Assembly (NCBI GenBank): GCA_036374135.1 | Contig: DASUUK010000031.1 | Location: 19,084 to 83,083, forward strand | Direction of reading: 5' to 3' | Length of the DNA: 64,000 bases | Source: Euzebyales bacterium | GTDB lineage: Bacteria > Actinomycetota > Nitriliruptoria > Euzebyales > JAHELV01 | Shown: positions 62,788 to 64,000 of the stretch, piece after piece | How the letters are laid out: each line of letters begins with the position of its first letter | Numbering within the stretch: the first letter of the stretch is position 1 | The notes under the pieces: model-generated | The model's database searches: none | What the model saw: the letters and a program-made list of their open reading frames with translations, nothing else | Told to the model about the DNA's origin: nothing | Made by a program: the position numbers and the translations under genes

Positions 62788-64000
62788 TCAGCCCACCGCG
62801 ACCCACTGTCCGAGCGTGATGCCCACGACCGCGCCCGCGGCTATCAGCACCAGCACGACGATCCATCGGACGATGCGACTGACGCCGCCGGACATCTGCG
62901 CGTCGTCGACCGGCTCGGTGTGGTGCGCGGCCGGACGCGGCGTCGAGCCCGTCTGGCTCGACGTCATCGGGTCGCTCGCGTGGCGTTGGGCGGGTGACGG
63001 CCGGGACGACTGCTGTTGGGGAGTCGGCCGTCGAGCGGCTGGCAGGGTCGGCGCCGTCATGTTCGCGGCCTGATTGCTCGACGACGCCTGTGGCCGCGCC
63101 CCCGGACCGGCTCCCGCACCGCCGAACAACTCGTCGACACGCGGGTCGCTGTCGTCGCGTTGGATGGGTGTCTGCACCGTCTCTTCCCAGTCGGTGCGTG
63201 CCGGGCGTGGATCCGATCCCTGCGGCTCGCGGGGGATGTCGTGGTCCCGGGAGCGTGATGCCCAGTCGTCGGAGGAGGTGTCCGGATCAGATGTGAACGC
63301 AGTCTGCTGGGTCTCCTGCATGCGCTCACGCCCCCGCGGCGGGCGTCGTAGCGGTGATTCGGTGCCGCTGTCGACGCCTGACCCCATCGGGCTGCCCAGC
63401 GGGTTCGGCGCGACCTCGTCCTCCGACGACCCTCGTCGGTCTGCGTCGCGCGCTCGCAGGGCCGGCGGCGGAGGCAGGGTGTTGTCGTCATCACCGAAGT
63501 GGTCATCATCGAACCTGAGTCCGGCCGGTGGTGCCGTCTCGTCGGGACGCAGCCCGGCCGGCGGACGTGCCCTGTCAGCGTCGCGCGCCCGGAATGCCGG
63601 CGGCGGGACCGTGTCGTCGTCGTCACCGAAGTGGTCATCGAACCTGAGTCCGGCCGGTCGCTCAGCGGTGTCGTCGTCGAACGGCGGTCCGCCTGGCGGT
63701 GGTGCGGTGTCGGTGTCGCGCGGCCGGAGCGCGGGTGGCGGTGGTGCGGTGTCGGTGTCGCGCGCGCGGAGGGCGGGTGGCGGTGGGACGCTGTCGTCGC
63801 CGTGGAGTCCGGCTGGTGGCTCAGCGGTGTCCTCACCATGCAGGCCGGCGGGAGGGGGCTCCGGGTCGTGCTGCCGCCGTGGCGCCGCCGGTGGCGGGGC
63901 CGTCGCGTCGTCATCAGGCGCCGCGGTGTCGGGCGGAGGGCGCAACGCCTGGGTCTCGCCGACGTCGGGTGTGGTGGGGGACGCGCCGGTCGCGTGTGAG
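62788..64000 (-). CDS. proline/acidic repeat protein with C-terminal TM anchor (5' end probably beyond the window)
   Basis: ORF 62788..63945. The frame stays open to position 64000, because I found no in-frame stop when extending it by hand. The internal repeats are PPAGLHG(E/D)D x2, TAPPPPALR(A/P)RDTD x2 and PAGLRFDD(D)HFGDDDxTxPPPxA(L/F)RARDAD x2. The C-terminal anchor is IVRWIVVLVLIAAGAVVGITLGQWV. Confidence 0.65.
   Translation of the reverse strand, partial: SHATGASPTTPDVGETQALRPPPDTAAPDDDATAPPPAAPRRQHDPEPPPAGLHGEDTAEPPAGLHGDDSVPPPPALRARDTDTAPPPPALRPRDTDTAPPPGGPPFDDDTAERPAGLRFDDHFGDDDDTVPPPAFRARDADRARPPAGLRPDETAPPAGLRFDDDHFGDDDNTLPPPPALRARDADRRGSSEDEVAPNPLGSPMGSGVDSGTESPLRRPPRGRERMQETQQTAFTSDPDTSSDDWASRSRDHDIPREPQGSDPRPARTDWEETVQTPIQRDDSDPRVDELFGGAGAGPGARPQASSSNQAANMTAPTLPAARRPTPQQQSSRPSPAQRHASDPMTSSQTGSTPRPAAHHTEPVDDAQMSGGVSRIVRWIVVLVLIAAGAVVGITLGQWVAVG
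63694..63790. repeat. 42-bp tandem repeat (2 full units plus a partial), inside the Pro-rich gene
   Basis: TGGCGGTGGTGCGGTGTCGGTGTCGCGCG begins at 63694 and again at 63736. A partial copy, TGGCGGTGGGACG, begins at 63778. A second, dispersed repeat (about 131-bp period) is GTCGTC(A/G)TCACCGAAGTGGTCATC..GAACCTGAGTCCGGCCGGT, at about 63484 and about 63615. Confidence 0.8.

Noticed and set aside
63480-63800. Regularly spaced repeats that could be mistaken for a CRISPR array.
   Set aside because: The repeats are contiguous or 131 bp apart inside a single open reading frame, and they translate into repeated peptide modules. There is no repeat-spacer architecture and no cas genes nearby.

Overview
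This is a 64-kb stretch of a high-G+C chromosome. Hand-counted 60-nt lines give about 70% GC. The gene content is Actinobacteria-like: a MarP protease, ACT-SerB, class II DAHP synthase, a SARP regulator, paired dynamin-like GTPases, and nif3/DUF164 near rnpB. The caa3-type CtaC (CuA domain fused to cytochrome c) hints at a deep-branching actinobacterial lineage, but that is speculation. I support about 60 protein genes, tRNA-Gly(GCC), tRNA-Val(TAC), RNase P RNA and at least 4 decayed gene remnants. I saw no rRNA, CRISPR array, transposase or integrase.

Gene order, left to right:
- ctaD/ctaC
- A polyamine block: ureohydrolase, two FAD oxidoreductases and potABCD
- An HPF-like gene divergent from a GNAT-dUTPase fusion
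- An FAD dehydrogenase and a SARP regulator convergent with a lower-GC PLAT-like orphan
- A decayed ABC ATPase and tRNA-Gly
- A small-ORF/MBL/AlkZ-YcaQ-like/GNAT operon
- Housekeeping genes and a ferredoxin-NADP reductase (FNR) remnant
- An ACT protein, an orphan XdhC and an MFS-LplA-like pair
- ktrBA plus a membrane GAF-like protein
- YihY and a CDF-ArsR pair
- AraC-VOC-UvrA class II-cupin, followed by CadI-like and LysR remnants and tRNA-Val
- Amylosucrase
- A tightly coupled nif3-DUF164-ABC-ABC2-DynA-like-DynB-like operon that ends 24 nt before rnpB
- A Cas4-like nuclease, DUF368, S9 peptidase, PEBP, Dps, EamA, an unknown protein, SerB, MarP, AroG, DAGK, PruA and MutM
- An orphan ClpP with a divergent IclR gene
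- A proline-rich repeat protein at the right edge

There is no textbook defence or mobile island. The best candidates for something undescribed are:
- The ABC-2 plus dynamin-pair module wedged between nif3/DUF164 and rnpB
- The SARP plus PLAT-like pair next to tRNA-Gly
- The AlkZ-like operon
- The GNAT-Dut fusion

All product calls come from by-eye motif recognition in the supplied translations. No database search was run.
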